A DNA stretch of 64,000 nt from Candidatus Poribacteria bacterium (GTDB lineage Bacteria > Poribacteria > WGA-4E > PCPOR2b). The stretch is from assembly GCA_965215015.1 (NCBI GenBank), contig OZ244042.1, forward strand, positions 3,008,001-3,072,000, read 5' to 3'. The notes below the pieces were generated by a model. The model saw only the letters and a program-made list of their open reading frames with translations. It was not told the DNA's origin and did not search any database. Shown in pieces: positions 44,927 to 56,153 of the stretch. A program made the translations under genes and the position numbers. Numbering within the stretch: the stretch's first letter is position 1; each line of letters starts with the position of its first letter.

Positions 44927-45598
44927 ATGAAACCACACACGTCCCTAATTATGGCAATGAGCCTCGACGGCAAGATCTCCACACGCGATAACGCAGGTCC
45001 ACGATTCGCAAGCGAGGCGGATGGGATTCGGCTCCGGGAAGTTCGGAGTCACGCGGATGCAATCCTTGTTGGGGCTGGAACAATTATCGCGGACGATCCC
45101 ACATTTACTGAACACGGAAAGTACAAAGAACTACGTCTTCAACGGGGCTTAGCACCCAATCCAATCAAAATCGTTGTGAGCGGCAGTGGCAGCGTTCCTG
45201 AAACCGCCCGAATGTTCCAACCTAACGGTGCACCCGCCCTGGTTTTTACAACGGAACGTATACCTCCAAACCGGCTCGCATCGTTGCAACAGGTCGCGGA
45301 GGTTCATTGTGTCGGTGAAGCCACAGTCGATTTTCGGTGTGTGGTTCAGATATTGGGAGAGGTGTATCAGGTCAAGCAACTGTTGATTGAGGGGGGTGGG
45401 CAGGTAAATTTTGACCTATTTCGCGCAGGATTAATCAACGAGGTGTACCTGACTTTATGCCCGAAAATCATTGGCGGGCGCTATATCGTGACAAGCGTCG
45501 AAGGAGATGGATTCGATTTCCTTGATATTGTTGACGTTGAATTGCTCGACCACTGCGTCGTGGATAATGAGATCTTTCTACACTATCGTGTTCGGTAG
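44927..45598 (+). CDS. RibD C-terminal domain reductase family
   Basis: MSLDGKI, ILVGAGT...DDP, LIEGGG. Confidence 0.88.
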   Translation: MKPHTSLIMAMSLDGKISTRDNAGPRFASEADGIRLREVRSHADAILVGAGTIIADDPTFTEHGKYKELRLQRGLAPNPIKIVVSGSGSVPETARMFQPNGAPALVFTTERIPPNRLASLQQVAEVHCVGEATVDFRCVVQILGEVYQVKQLLIEGGGQVNFDLFRAGLINEVYLTLCPKIIGGRYIVTSVEGDGFDFLDIVDVELLDHCVVDNEIFLHYRVR

Positions 45599-45630
45599 GC
45601 TTGAAACCTGCATTGGGCAGCACGGCTGGA

Positions 45631-46890
45631 CTACTCAGACTCCGAATCTGAGGGCGTCGGCTTTTCTTGTTTGACGCGATCTCCTTTTTTGATCTTACCA
45701 AATCCCTCAATAATCTGCGCTCTGGAAAGCCGGTCGCTTTGAACTTCGATAACCTTGATAACGCCCACCGATTTAGGTACAATCCCTAGTACATCACCTG
45801 TGTCCGGATCAATCAGCGATTCAGTTGTATAAACCCTCAGTTGCTGATCAACCGCAACACCTTTGGCGGAACCGACATTGATATAGGTATTTTCAGGGGC
45901 TTCTGAATCAACGTAAATGATTGTTCCTTGAATTATACGTACCTGAGGGGAGAGTTGTCCGGGTTTACCTGCGTCATGCTGTAGTACCATATCAGAGCCG
46001 GGCAATGCGGGCCCAATGTTTTCACGTAAAGCCAACACTATCTTATGTAAAGCCTCGTCTGTTGCCATACCAAACAGCGTTTTATCGTACGTGTCACTTC
46101 CAAATTCAATCTGGTTCAACTCCGCAGGTGCAACGATTGGGCGGGGCTTCCTTTTGAGACCCGGTGACTGTCCGAATTGCAATTCTGTGCCCTGCTCAGT
46201 TACAACCGCTTCGAGGGCGGCAATCCTCGCCCCACCAATCTGGTGTTGTTTTCTGGCTGCGATTTTGGGGTTATCAATTTCATCGCCTGATGTACCGAAG
46301 AATCGCATCTCAAGCTGGATAGAGACGATATAAAGACTTCCCATTAACTGCATGCCCCCCACATAACTGGCTGTCGCCCCTTGATATCTCTGTCCACCTT
46401 GTCTAATTAGGCGTCCGGCATTCGCTTTCACTCGCTCCTGGTTAAACTTCCGTATATCGCCCACGACGAGTGCCTCAACTTTGAGTGCCTTTGCCAACTC
46501 CGCCCGTTTTTTCGAGTCCGATTGAAGTGCCCTCCTAGATAATCCCAACTCCGCCATCGCATCCAGCAATTCATCTTGGCTAACGGGTTCATATATTTCC
46601 ACTTCTTCTAGTTTGCGGTTGAGTAGTTCCGTAAACCCTTCCTTCAGATACCATTTCTTATGATGATTACGTCCACCGAAAAATTTGCCGAATGGGCCCG
46701 TAGGGATACAACCACAGCCTGTTGGATGATCGAAGCGGCTATGATCTTCAAAGTATAAGACAACCACTCGCTTCGGTGCAGTGAAACCGTTGGGTACAAG
46801 CAGAATCGAGAGACATAGAACAATCGCAGCAGTGAGGCACTTATCCACTAGTGTAGACAGATGGCACGAACATGGGTATTGAATTGTCAT
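45631..46890 (-). CDS. Exported protein with CsgG/FlgT-like architecture
   Basis: Signal peptide, RVVVLYFED; C-terminal 'YINVGSAKGV..DPDTGDVLG..G.IKVIEV..GDRV' resembles FlgT_C. Confidence 0.6.
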   Translation of the reverse strand: MTIQYPCSCHLSTLVDKCLTAAIVLCLSILLVPNGFTAPKRVVVLYFEDHSRFDHPTGCGCIPTGPFGKFFGGRNHHKKWYLKEGFTELLNRKLEEVEIYEPVSQDELLDAMAELGLSRRALQSDSKKRAELAKALKVEALVVGDIRKFNQERVKANAGRLIRQGGQRYQGATASYVGGMQLMGSLYIVSIQLEMRFFGTSGDEIDNPKIAARKQHQIGGARIAALEAVVTEQGTELQFGQSPGLKRKPRPIVAPAELNQIEFGSDTYDKTLFGMATDEALHKIVLALRENIGPALPGSDMVLQHDAGKPGQLSPQVRIIQGTIIYVDSEAPENTYINVGSAKGVAVDQQLRVYTTESLIDPDTGDVLGIVPKSVGVIKVIEVQSDRLSRAQIIEGFGKIKKGDRVKQEKPTPSDSESE

Positions 46891-47330
46891 AATAAAGTCA
46901 CATCCTTTTTGAATAGTCTTGCTCTATATCTCATGTTCAAAAGGCTAACATGAAATTTTTGTGGATAGGCACCGTTGACACTTCATCGAAGCTAGATAAA
47001 GTCTGACGAGACATTTACTGGGTTTATCAACCACAAGCAATTTAGATACCAAAGTTATTTTGAACTGCTTGAAGAAATGGCGCGAAGAACCGAGTTTTTC
47101 GGCAAACACTTTATCCGGGGGACTTCGCATCTGCTTTTGACATGCGCTGTGATTTCAAAGGGAGTGTCGTGCTCACAAAGAGACTGTAGGAACTGTGCCA
47201 CACCATCGTCGCAAACATGTCACACCGGTACTAGGACGTACTTGACTCTGTGGGATAATAATGGTATGTCAACCCCCAACTTATCCGAACACCTATTTAC
47301 GATATAACGTGGACGCTCCCCTCTCAATCT

Positions 47331-47825
47331 CTACGTGCAGATACCAACGATGAGTACAGCCGTTGGCATTGAAGTCTCCTGAGCCTTCTTAAAAGCCTCG
47401 CTGATATAAGGAATGTCACCATCGGTTTCAATGGTATTGTACGGAAATCCCCACGCCTTGAGCGTCGGCTTAAGGAAGGTTGCGGCGGTGTCTACGCGCG
47501 GAGCATCAGGTTTCATACTCTGATATCCGCGATAGCCGATCAGCGATACCACGGGGATTTCCATATTAAAAACTGTACCTCGGATGGCGTCTCCGGATTC
47601 CAGAAAACCGGTATTCTGGATGACAATCACAGGGCACTTTCCACCAACGTATAACCCCGATGCGATGGCGAATGCCTCACCCTCACGACTAACGGTGATG
47701 ACATCGATTTCCGGGTCTTCGTGGAGTCGCTTGAAGATTTGTGCTGTCCCGTTGTCAGGTAAGCCGATCGCATGGGTCACGTTCCATTTTTTTAACTCGT
47801 CTACAATCTTCTGTGCAGATGCCAA
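47331..47825 (-). CDS. TPP-enzyme Pyr-domain protein (sulfopyruvate/phosphonopyruvate decarboxylase alpha-like)
   Basis: GLPD, REGEAFAIASG, IQNTG, IGYRG. Confidence 0.8.
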   Translation of the reverse strand: MASAQKIVDELKKWNVTHAIGLPDNGTAQIFKRLHEDPEIDVITVSREGEAFAIASGLYVGGKCPVIVIQNTGFLESGDAIRGTVFNMEIPVVSLIGYRGYQSMKPDAPRVDTAATFLKPTLKAWGFPYNTIETDGDIPYISEAFKKAQETSMPTAVLIVGICT

Positions 47826-48073
47826 ATTCTATACTCCCTCAATGCCCGATTCATTGCAACTGAAATGGGCGATTGTTGCCAATACAATTATTTCTTTTTT
47901 CTAAGACTCTTTTAACATTAGGACTTAGGCAGTTGAACCCTCGAAGCCAACACCAGAACGGGTCGCGCAGTGTTCATGGTAGGTTAACGGCCGGACTCTC
48001 GCACAATGTTCCGGGCGGATTGAGCCAGGATTATCGCCCTATGGTATCTGGTATTCTGTAGCGCAACAATTTT

Positions 48074-50017
48074 CTACCTCCGCCCTTCGACGAGCGAATC
48101 GACAACTGCTGGTTCGGCAAGCGTTGAGGTATCTCCGAGATCATCAATTTCGCCTTCAGCGATTTTCCGAAGGATACGCCGCATAATTTTGCCGGAGCGG
48201 GTTTTGGGGAGCGCGGGTGCAAACTGAATTTTGTCCGGTGTTGCATGGGGTCCGATGTGCTGGCGTACCACACCCTTGATACCGGTCTCGATGTCATCTG
48301 AGGGGGACACACCACTCATCAATGTGACATAAGCATAGATACCTTGTCCCTTAATTTCGTGTGGGTAGCCGACCACGGCTGCTTCGGCGACCGTCTCATG
48401 CTGTCCGATAGCCCCTTCAACTTCGGCTGTACCCAAGCGGTGTCCAGAAATATTCAGCACATCATCAACACGCCCGGTGATCCAGTAATAGCCGTCTTCG
48501 TCGCGCAATGTGCCATCGCCGGTCATGTAGTAGCCGGGGAATCGATCGAAATAGGTTTCGCGGAAGCGCTCGTGGTTTCCGTAGACAGTTCGCATTATGC
48601 CGGGCCAAGCAGTCTTGATACACAGGTATCCGCGTCCTGGGTTACCCTCCACCTCTTTTCCTTCTTCATCCAAGACGACCGGCTCGATTCCGAAGAAGGG
48701 AAGGGTCGCAGATCCGGGTTTCAATGGCGTTGCTCCCGGTAACGGCGTCATCAAAATTCCGCCGGTCTCTGTTTGCCACCATGTATCAACAATTGGACAT
48801 CGCCCATCTCCGACAACGTTGTAGTACCAGAGCCATTCGGGTTCTTTGATCGGTTCACCGACGGTGCCAAGCAGTCTCAGAGTGGATCGGCTATGTTTCG
48901 TGACCCAGCCATTTCCTTCCTTCATCAAGGCGCGTAAGGCGGTTGGTGCGGTGTAGAAGAGATTAACTTGGTGCTTGTCAATTACCTGCCAGTAACGTCC
49001 GAAATCAGGGTATGTTGGAATGCTTTCAAACATGAGGGTAATCGCGCGGTTTGAAAGGGGACCGTACACAATATAGGAATGCCCGGTGATCCAACCGATG
49101 TCAGCTGCACAGAAGTAAACATCCCCTTCATGATAGTCGAAAGTCATCTCGTGGGTAAACGATGTATAAACGAGATAGCCGCCGGTTGTGTGAAGCACCC
49201 CTTTCGGTTGACCTGTTGAGCCGGAAGTATAAAGGATAAACAGCGGATCTTCGGCATCCATCTCCTCCGGCAGGCACTCATCGTCGGCGGTTGCCATCGC
49301 TTCGTGCCACCATACATCGCGTGATTCATCGAAATCAACGGGATCGCCGGTGCGGCAAACAACGATGACCCCCTCAATCGAGGGGCATTCCACCACCGCT
49401 GCATCACCGTTGGCTTTCATCGGGATGCCGCTGCGGTCTCCACGAAATGCGGTGTCCTGGGTAATCAACAGCTTGCACTCGGAATCGTTGATGCGATCGC
49501 GCAGAGAATCGGCCGAAAATGCGCCGAACACAACGGAATGGACGGCACCGATACGAGCACATGCCAACATGGCAATCGTCAACTCTGGAACCATCTGGAG
49601 ATAGATACAGACGCGGTCGCCCTTACGGACGCCTTGCGCTTTGAGGACATTGGCAAAGCGTTTAACTTGCCCCAACAACTCGCTGTAAGTGAAGGTCTTA
49701 TCCTCATCGGGATTGTTGCCCTCCCAAACGATCGCGGTTGCATCACCGTATCCCGCTTCCACATGTCGGTCAAGACAATTATAGCAGGCGTTCAGCTTCC
49801 CGCCATCAAACCATTTGATGTTGGCGTTTACAAAGTCATACTCTCGGACGGTGTCCCACTTCTTATACCATGTAATACGTTCAGCGACATTCGACCAGAA
49901 ACTCTCTGGATCTGCCACTGATTCATCGTACATCTTTTGATATTGCTCCATGCTGCTTACATGCGCGTTAGCAATGGGGTAGTTTGTATTCTCTGGTGGG
50001 AATATTTTAGTTGCCAT
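48074..50017 (-). CDS. acs: Acetate--CoA ligase
   Basis: [33 protein letters not shown]. Confidence 0.97.
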   Translation of the reverse strand: MATKIFPPENTNYPIANAHVSSMEQYQKMYDESVADPESFWSNVAERITWYKKWDTVREYDFVNANIKWFDGGKLNACYNCLDRHVEAGYGDATAIVWEGNNPDEDKTFTYSELLGQVKRFANVLKAQGVRKGDRVCIYLQMVPELTIAMLACARIGAVHSVVFGAFSADSLRDRINDSECKLLITQDTAFRGDRSGIPMKANGDAAVVECPSIEGVIVVCRTGDPVDFDESRDVWWHEAMATADDECLPEEMDAEDPLFILYTSGSTGQPKGVLHTTGGYLVYTSFTHEMTFDYHEGDVYFCAADIGWITGHSYIVYGPLSNRAITLMFESIPTYPDFGRYWQVIDKHQVNLFYTAPTALRALMKEGNGWVTKHSRSTLRLLGTVGEPIKEPEWLWYYNVVGDGRCPIVDTWWQTETGGILMTPLPGATPLKPGSATLPFFGIEPVVLDEEGKEVEGNPGRGYLCIKTAWPGIMRTVYGNHERFRETYFDRFPGYYMTGDGTLRDEDGYYWITGRVDDVLNISGHRLGTAEVEGAIGQHETVAEAAVVGYPHEIKGQGIYAYVTLMSGVSPSDDIETGIKGVVRQHIGPHATPDKIQFAPALPKTRSGKIMRRILRKIAEGEIDDLGDTSTLAEPAVVDSLVEGRR

Positions 50018-50089
50018 AGAATCCTCCTCGGAATTTGCAATCAAGCAAATGCGCTGACAGAAGTTTTGAAATGTTTGCGAATTTCCTTT

Positions 50090-50117
50090 ATTATAAGCAA
50101 AAATATGATGTTGTCAA
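50090..50117 (-). promoter_or_regulatory. sigma70 promoter of acs
   Basis: TTGACA-16nt-TATAAT on the minus strand. Confidence 0.65.
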
Positions 50118-50150
50118 TCAAAAACAGGTAATGCTGTTTCGTTATTACTG

Positions 50151-50347
50151 CTACTCGTTCTCCAACTCTTTTAAAGTCCACTGTTTTGCCAGCGTTTCAA
50201 ATCGTTCAATGGCAATGAAGGTATCCTCCATAGCCTCAAAATATCGGAGAATGGCTTCCGCGCATGAAAGCTTTTTGTTCGCCCTGTTTTATCCGCTAGT
50301 GATTTCAAGCGTTCCATATTTTCCGATGCAAGATAGAGGGATTACAT
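50151..50347 (-). pseudogene. RelB/RHH-type antitoxin relic
   Basis: After AGGAGG: 'M*..ERLKSLADKTGRTKSF / EAILRYFEAMEDTFIAIERF'; nonsense codon plus frameshift. Confidence 0.6.
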
Positions 50348-50466
50348 TTTTATCCCTCCTTTTCTTGTAATGATGCAAGTTGCTCGGTTCTGTTGACATT
50401 TGACAGCACGTAGATTGAGTTGAACGGGAACCGTGAAACCCAACACTCAATTCAACTGAAGCGAGA

Positions 50467-50535
50467 GTGGTAGGCACGCTCTACAGTCCCGTAATATTCG
50501 CAAGGGTTACGGCATACCGAGTATGCCTACTACTT
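50467..50535. repeat. REPIN-like inverted repeat
   Basis: AGTGGTAGGCACGCTC...GAGTATGCCTACTACT with GTAG-type ends. Confidence 0.55.
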
Positions 50536-50703
50536 TACCAGGTTGCTAATTGATAAATCAAGCATCAGAAATCAACACAACAGTCGGGAATCGGAATTCC
50601 CTCTCCGTTCCGAGAGTTTTCAACCCGATGCACCCCGATAAGATCAGGATTCAAAGCAACTGGAGACTTTTGCTAGTAAACAACACACCTATATCGGAAC
50701 TCC

Positions 50704-53265
50704 TCAACCCTTTCTCGTGCAAAATTCCTTGAGTGTCCGATCCAACCGTGTTCCGCCCGGCACATACGCCAAAATCAACCCATCAATCACCCGATTCTGA
50801 TTCGGGACAACCCCGGTCAAACGCTCCGCCGCCACCCCTTTGGAAAGCAGGAGATAGAATATGTCCTTTTTTAATCCCAACGTAGTAAAAAGATTCCCTT
50901 GCCCTTTTGAAATAACGATATCTGTATCAATGAGTGCATTTGCAAATTCTCCTGTTGCTTGATAGAGATTGGTTCCGACGGTGTTCGATCCTGACGAGAT
51001 GAAACGCACGTCCCCGAGGGCGATTTGCTCCCGAAGTCTTTGGAAATGCGGATGTGCTGCGGTGAGTTCCCGCAGATCATCGAGTGTTGCGTCGTTAGTT
51101 GCGGGTTCCGCTTTGCCGACAACCGTAATCTGATGACCACGCTCAGCGAGCATCTCTATAAGCCACAGATCAAAAACCGACTCACCATCGTTGTCGATGA
51201 GCCAGAGAAGCCTTTTCGGTTCACCTTCGATAACTGTTGATCGAAACAGGTTAAAGCAATCAATCGCCAAGGATGCATGAATTGCCTCCCGAAATACAAG
51301 GTCAAAGTAGTCTGGGTTCTCCCTGAGTTTCGTCACAATCCTTGTACTGCTGTAATCGATGACGTTGGCGGCAATGACCAGTTTCAGTCGTTCCAGCCAA
51401 TCGCAATCTGAAAATTGGACGAGTAGGTTAATCGCTGTTTGTCTAGCACTGAGCTTGTCCCTGCGATATGGGTCTGGATTTCCCGAGCAGAGCGTAACAG
51501 TCTTGAAGATGCTCCCCCAAAGTTCTTCGGGTGTCAAATCATCAATGACATGTGCACCGTTAGCTTGCCGCAACTCCAATAATTCGCCAACAGCGTTTAT
51601 TGTAGCTTGCCGCAATGTCGGGTTGCAGGTAGCACGTTCAATCAGTTCGTGCTCCGAGTGCGAGCTGACATGCAGGCGAAGGTTTTCCCAGTCTGGCAAA
51701 CCACGCTTTTCACCGAAAGTGAATATACCGGGCCTATAGCCGGGGGAGACTAGTTGATCCAAGATTGTCTGCGAGATTTGACTTGAAACGGATTGTAGGT
51801 CATATATTACATGATTGGTAGATCTAGCGGGGATGCCTAACTGTTTGTAGCTTATTGAAATTTCTGCTGGAAGTACTATTACCCTTGCAACAACGGATTT
51901 GAGATTTGCCAAACGTCCCACTTTTACCCGGTCAAATTGGCTATTTTCGATACGGCTACCGACAGCCAAGCCTGTAATCGGTGTGGCGATTTCGGTTGAG
52001 AGTGAGTTTGACTCAAAGACTGTGTCCATTGCGGTCACGTCTTTCATACCAACACGGTCACCGACAGTGGTCTTTCCTTGTAGCACAACATTTTCGAGAC
52101 GACAGTAGTTCCCAATCTGTGTCCTATCGCCGAGATGAATACGCCCTAAAAGGTAGCAGCCGTGACCGATCTCGATATTGTCATTCGCCAACGTGATCTG
52201 TGCAGCCGGATCGACTCGAACCCCTTTCTGGATTAGTTTTTTCTTGGCATCTGCAAATAGATATTCTTCACCAGTGAGAACGTTTGACCAGCGATTGATA
52301 CCAGCGATAATTTCGTCCCGATAGATATAGGCGTTGGTTTTCAAGCCATCCTCGTAGCAGTGGCGGATGAGATCAACATGATGGAGTTCCGAATTGTCTC
52401 CGTGGGGTTCCAATCGATCTATCCGGGCAATCGCTGCATCACGGCGGATTAAGGTGATACCGGTATTGGTGTAGGCCTCTCCATGCTCCAACCGACGCCA
52501 CATCGCCTCTTTTTCCGCATCGGTCATGTCGTACCACTCCTTTGTGCCGATAAACTTTCCTTCACTGTCAAAGAATAATCCCCCTTTGTCAACAACGGTG
52601 TCTGGAATTTTGCCACAAAGGGTAATATCTGCACCGACAATAAAGTGTGATAGGAGTATACCAACGAAGATGGCTTGATTCAGGAACGGCTCATCGCCGA
52701 AGGCAACACCGATACATTCTGCATCGGATTCGGAGGCCACCGGTAACGCGACTTGTAGTGCTGCTCCCGTGCCGTAAGGGTGTTCAGGTTGTACACATAG
52801 GATGGCGTTTGGACCAAACAGTCGATTGGCTTCTTCTGAATCGAGCCCCGAAGTGGGGATGATACCACTTGAAGGGATATCTGTTTTCGCCACACGCGCC
52901 GCCATTCGGGAATTGACAACGATGATATGGGGACGGCTCCCCGGCAGGTAGCTTCGGGACAGTTGCAGGGTATTCTGCTCACCAAACCATAGGTCTAAGT
53001 TTTTATTCAGATGGCTGGATGGATCTATGCGGCTCCCTTTACCGGCTGCTAGGATAATCCACTGTGGGTCAATCTGGCGGGAAAGTTGCGTTGAATCCTT
53101 GCGAACCACATCTGATCGATTATCGATTCGATCCGAGACAGCGTGAAGAAATCGCTGAACTATTCTCTCAGCCTCCGTTTTGTCTGGGAGATTAATTGCT
53201 TCAGAGAGATGGCAACGCAGAATTGTTTCGATTTTTTGGCGAAGGTTGTCAAGACTACTATTCAT
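50704..53265 (-). CDS. GlmU-like NTP-transferase + left-handed beta-helix + DUF89/ARMT1-like phosphatase fusion
   Basis: ILAAGKGSR, YGTGAA, GDEP; hexapeptide repeats; DPY..K, ANVID, DNDGE, NDAT, SKGQGN; start uncertain. Confidence 0.8.
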   Translation of the reverse strand: MNSSLDNLRQKIETILRCHLSEAINLPDKTEAERIVQRFLHAVSDRIDNRSDVVRKDSTQLSRQIDPQWIILAAGKGSRIDPSSHLNKNLDLWFGEQNTLQLSRSYLPGSRPHIIVVNSRMAARVAKTDIPSSGIIPTSGLDSEEANRLFGPNAILCVQPEHPYGTGAALQVALPVASESDAECIGVAFGDEPFLNQAIFVGILLSHFIVGADITLCGKIPDTVVDKGGLFFDSEGKFIGTKEWYDMTDAEKEAMWRRLEHGEAYTNTGITLIRRDAAIARIDRLEPHGDNSELHHVDLIRHCYEDGLKTNAYIYRDEIIAGINRWSNVLTGEEYLFADAKKKLIQKGVRVDPAAQITLANDNIEIGHGCYLLGRIHLGDRTQIGNYCRLENVVLQGKTTVGDRVGMKDVTAMDTVFESNSLSTEIATPITGLAVGSRIENSQFDRVKVGRLANLKSVVARVIVLPAEISISYKQLGIPARSTNHVIYDLQSVSSQISQTILDQLVSPGYRPGIFTFGEKRGLPDWENLRLHVSSHSEHELIERATCNPTLRQATINAVGELLELRQANGAHVIDDLTPEELWGSIFKTVTLCSGNPDPYRRDKLSARQTAINLLVQFSDCDWLERLKLVIAANVIDYSSTRIVTKLRENPDYFDLVFREAIHASLAIDCFNLFRSTVIEGEPKRLLWLIDNDGESVFDLWLIEMLAERGHQITVVGKAEPATNDATLDDLRELTAAHPHFQRLREQIALGDVRFISSGSNTVGTNLYQATGEFANALIDTDIVISKGQGNLFTTLGLKKDIFYLLLSKGVAAERLTGVVPNQNRVIDGLILAYVPGGTRLDRTLKEFCTRKG

Positions 53266-53530
53266 CTGAGAAACTCTATCTGAATCTGATTTTTTTGAGA
53301 AGAGCGGAAAAATGTGGGAATCGAACGATGGTTTGATGCGGGAAATCGGCGGTTGCTTATAAAACAGAACACCCGTCAAGAGAGGGAAAAAATAAAAAAT
53401 TTCACTTGTTAATCAGCAAACATGGTTAACGAACCGGATTCGCAGATATTGCAGTTGGCGGCGGGGTTGTCTTTCGGCAAATCCCCGCCGCACCGCACTC
53501 ATACATCAGGAGAGGTAGGGGTTTCACATC

Positions 53531-54949
53531 TTACTCGCTCAGATGGAAAATTGCCATCTTTGTCTCAGTCATCTCCTGTACAGCGTATTTCGGTCCCTCT
53601 TTGCCCATGCCGCTCTCTTTCACGCCCCCATAGGGCATGAGGTCTGCACGCCACTGCGTTCCCCAGTTCACCATTAGGTTGCCGGAGTCAACTTCACGCA
53701 CGAACCGCATCGCCCAATCAATGTTTTCGGTGAAGATTGCCGCGCTCAACCCGTAGTTAGTGTCGTTAGCAAGAGCAATGGCATCGTCAATGTTTGAAAC
53801 CTTTGTTACACCGACAACGGGTCCAAAGATTTCGTCGCATGAAATCTTCATCTCTGGCTTGACATTGGCAACGAGCGTGGGTGCATAGATCTGCCCATTT
53901 CTTTCACCGCCGGTGAGGAGTTCAGCACCGCTGCTGACCGCTTCATCAACCCATTCACTAACGCGGATGGCATCATCTTCACGGATCATGGGGCCCATCG
54001 CGGTCGGTGCCTCAAGGGGATTTCCGGTTGAGATACCTTCAACAGTTGATTTGAAAGCATCGAGAAAATCACCATAAATCCCTTCGTGGGCGATGACCCG
54101 TTGTGTCGAGATACAGACCTGCCCTGCATTAGAATAGCCGGATGCTGCCGCAGCTGCTGCGACTTTCGCCGGGTCTGCGTCCGGCATGACAATCAATGGA
54201 GAGTTCGATCCAAGCTCCATTGTTACACGCTTTAACCCAGCAGTGTGGCAGATATGTTCCCCGACATCACGGCTGCCGGTGAAGGTAATTTTCCGGACAC
54301 GCCGATCCGCGCAGAGGGCATCACCAATCACGCTGCCCGATCCGGTCAAGCATTGGATTGCTTCCGGCGGTGTGCCAGCTTCAAGGAAAAGCTCAACCAG
54401 TTTCAACGCTGACAACGGTGTGTCTGTAGCGGGCTTAACGATGATTGCGTTGCCCGCTGCGAGTGCGGGTCCCACTTTGTGACAAACGAGGTGCAGCGGG
54501 AAGTTAAATGGACTAATCCCGACAACGATGCCACAGGGAACTCGTACCGTAAAACCTAATTTCCCTTTAACGCCAGGTCCGCCTTCGAGCGGGATGACCT
54601 CGCCGTAGAGACGCTTGGCTTCCTCCGCGGAGAGTGCAATAATCTCGGCTGCACGGCCCGCCTCCATAGTTGCCTCTGCGAGGATTTTCCCCTCTTCTAA
54701 TGTAATGATTCGAGCGAGTTCATCGGTACGCTCTGCCATCATCTCGGAAACCTTGTGAATAATTTCATAACGCTCGTAACCGGTCATTTTCGCCATAATC
54801 TTTGCGCCGCGTTCGGCGGTCTTGAGCGCGGTTTCGATATCGTCTTGATCGCCTCTAGGAATGGTGTCAACAACAGAACCATCAAAAGGGTTCAAAACTT
54901 CAATTTTCTGCGGCTTATCAACCCATTCGCCGCCGATATGCATTCTCAT
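53531..54949 (-). CDS. Aldehyde dehydrogenase family protein
   Basis: SPFNFP, FTGS, MELGSN, AGQVC, EIFGP. Confidence 0.95.
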   Translation of the reverse strand: MRMHIGGEWVDKPQKIEVLNPFDGSVVDTIPRGDQDDIETALKTAERGAKIMAKMTGYERYEIIHKVSEMMAERTDELARIITLEEGKILAEATMEAGRAAEIIALSAEEAKRLYGEVIPLEGGPGVKGKLGFTVRVPCGIVVGISPFNFPLHLVCHKVGPALAAGNAIIVKPATDTPLSALKLVELFLEAGTPPEAIQCLTGSGSVIGDALCADRRVRKITFTGSRDVGEHICHTAGLKRVTMELGSNSPLIVMPDADPAKVAAAAAASGYSNAGQVCISTQRVIAHEGIYGDFLDAFKSTVEGISTGNPLEAPTAMGPMIREDDAIRVSEWVDEAVSSGAELLTGGERNGQIYAPTLVANVKPEMKISCDEIFGPVVGVTKVSNIDDAIALANDTNYGLSAAIFTENIDWAMRFVREVDSGNLMVNWGTQWRADLMPYGGVKESGMGKEGPKYAVQEMTETKMAIFHLSE

Positions 54950-54989
54950 TGATATTAACCTCCATTAATATTAATTGGTAAATTGGCAA

Positions 54990-55720
54990 TTAAACGTTAA
55001 TTCTCGACTTCTGACACGTTGCCATATACGTTTGCTCTAACCTAACGGGTGTGGCAATTTCCGAACGAATAAATAACGGCAGTTCAGGCAGATCAGAACC
55101 AACCGAGAATGGATGTGCCCAGCATTCAACACACGGATCTTTCTGATTAATCTTCCCGATTAAAGGTATAACGATATGCGGAACAGTAGGGCGGAGTGTC
55201 CTCAGTTGCCGGAATTTGAGCATCCTTAGATTCGAATCGCCACATCAGTTCATTGTGAAAATTGAACAACCGATCTGTGACAATATCTACAATAATCAGA
55301 GAAATCCCTTGCGAAATCAAGTTCAAGCATTTGGCGATAAAGATATCTCGGTGCTGTGGCCTGTCCTTATTAGCTGGACTAACAATCTCAATTACACCGA
55401 CAGTCTGTCTAGCAGCATTAGGATCTACGATGTAAATCTCCGTTTCGTCAGGAAACGATGTTAGCAGACTCACCGTTGCAGGGGGAACTTGGTATTGCCG
55501 GATAAGTCGGCTTTAATCCTCAGTCAGCAACTCACCTGTTTGTACATCAATTTCAATCAGACTGCCGATTTGGACGTTCAGTTCTGCAATGAAATTCTCT
55601 GATAATAAAGCATTCAAATCCCCTGATATGAGTCGCCCAAGCATCATGAAAGGAAGGAGTGAAAGCGACTGATTGTCCTGATCTTGGGATTGAAGTGATC
55701 AGCGACAGGCATATCAACTT
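54990..55720 (-). pseudogene. DUF4058-family (PD-(D/E)xK-like) relic
   Basis: 'SFHDAWATHI', 'VIEIVSPANKDRP', 'LPELPL..LEQTY' in different frames. Confidence 0.65.
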
Positions 55721-56153
55721 CCTTTCTGGCTCACGTCCATCCACCCATGGTGAGATTAGTTAGTTTGTCAAATTCAAGATACCATCTCTTATCGCAATTG
55801 TCAATCGGAAATTTACCGTTCCGTCGGATATTTTCACTTGACCCATCTGGCAAGGTTAAGGTAAAGTATAACATATTCTTGATGCGAATAACACACCTGA
55901 CTTAAGGAAAGGTAGGGGCATTGCATCTGTTATAGAAATTAGGCAAGTGGTCAATCAGAAATTGGGGCTAACCCCCGTCGTGGTACAGGGAGTAACTTCG
56001 ATGCTTTCACGGTTTCCTAAACCACGGCGATCACAGGTTAGGAAATCCCGATAAGATTGAGGGGATGCTCTGTGGCTACGATTCGATTTCGATTGTCGTA
56101 TATCAAAGGTCTACACAATAATTTACATGCAATTGCCCCATAAGGAAAGGTAT

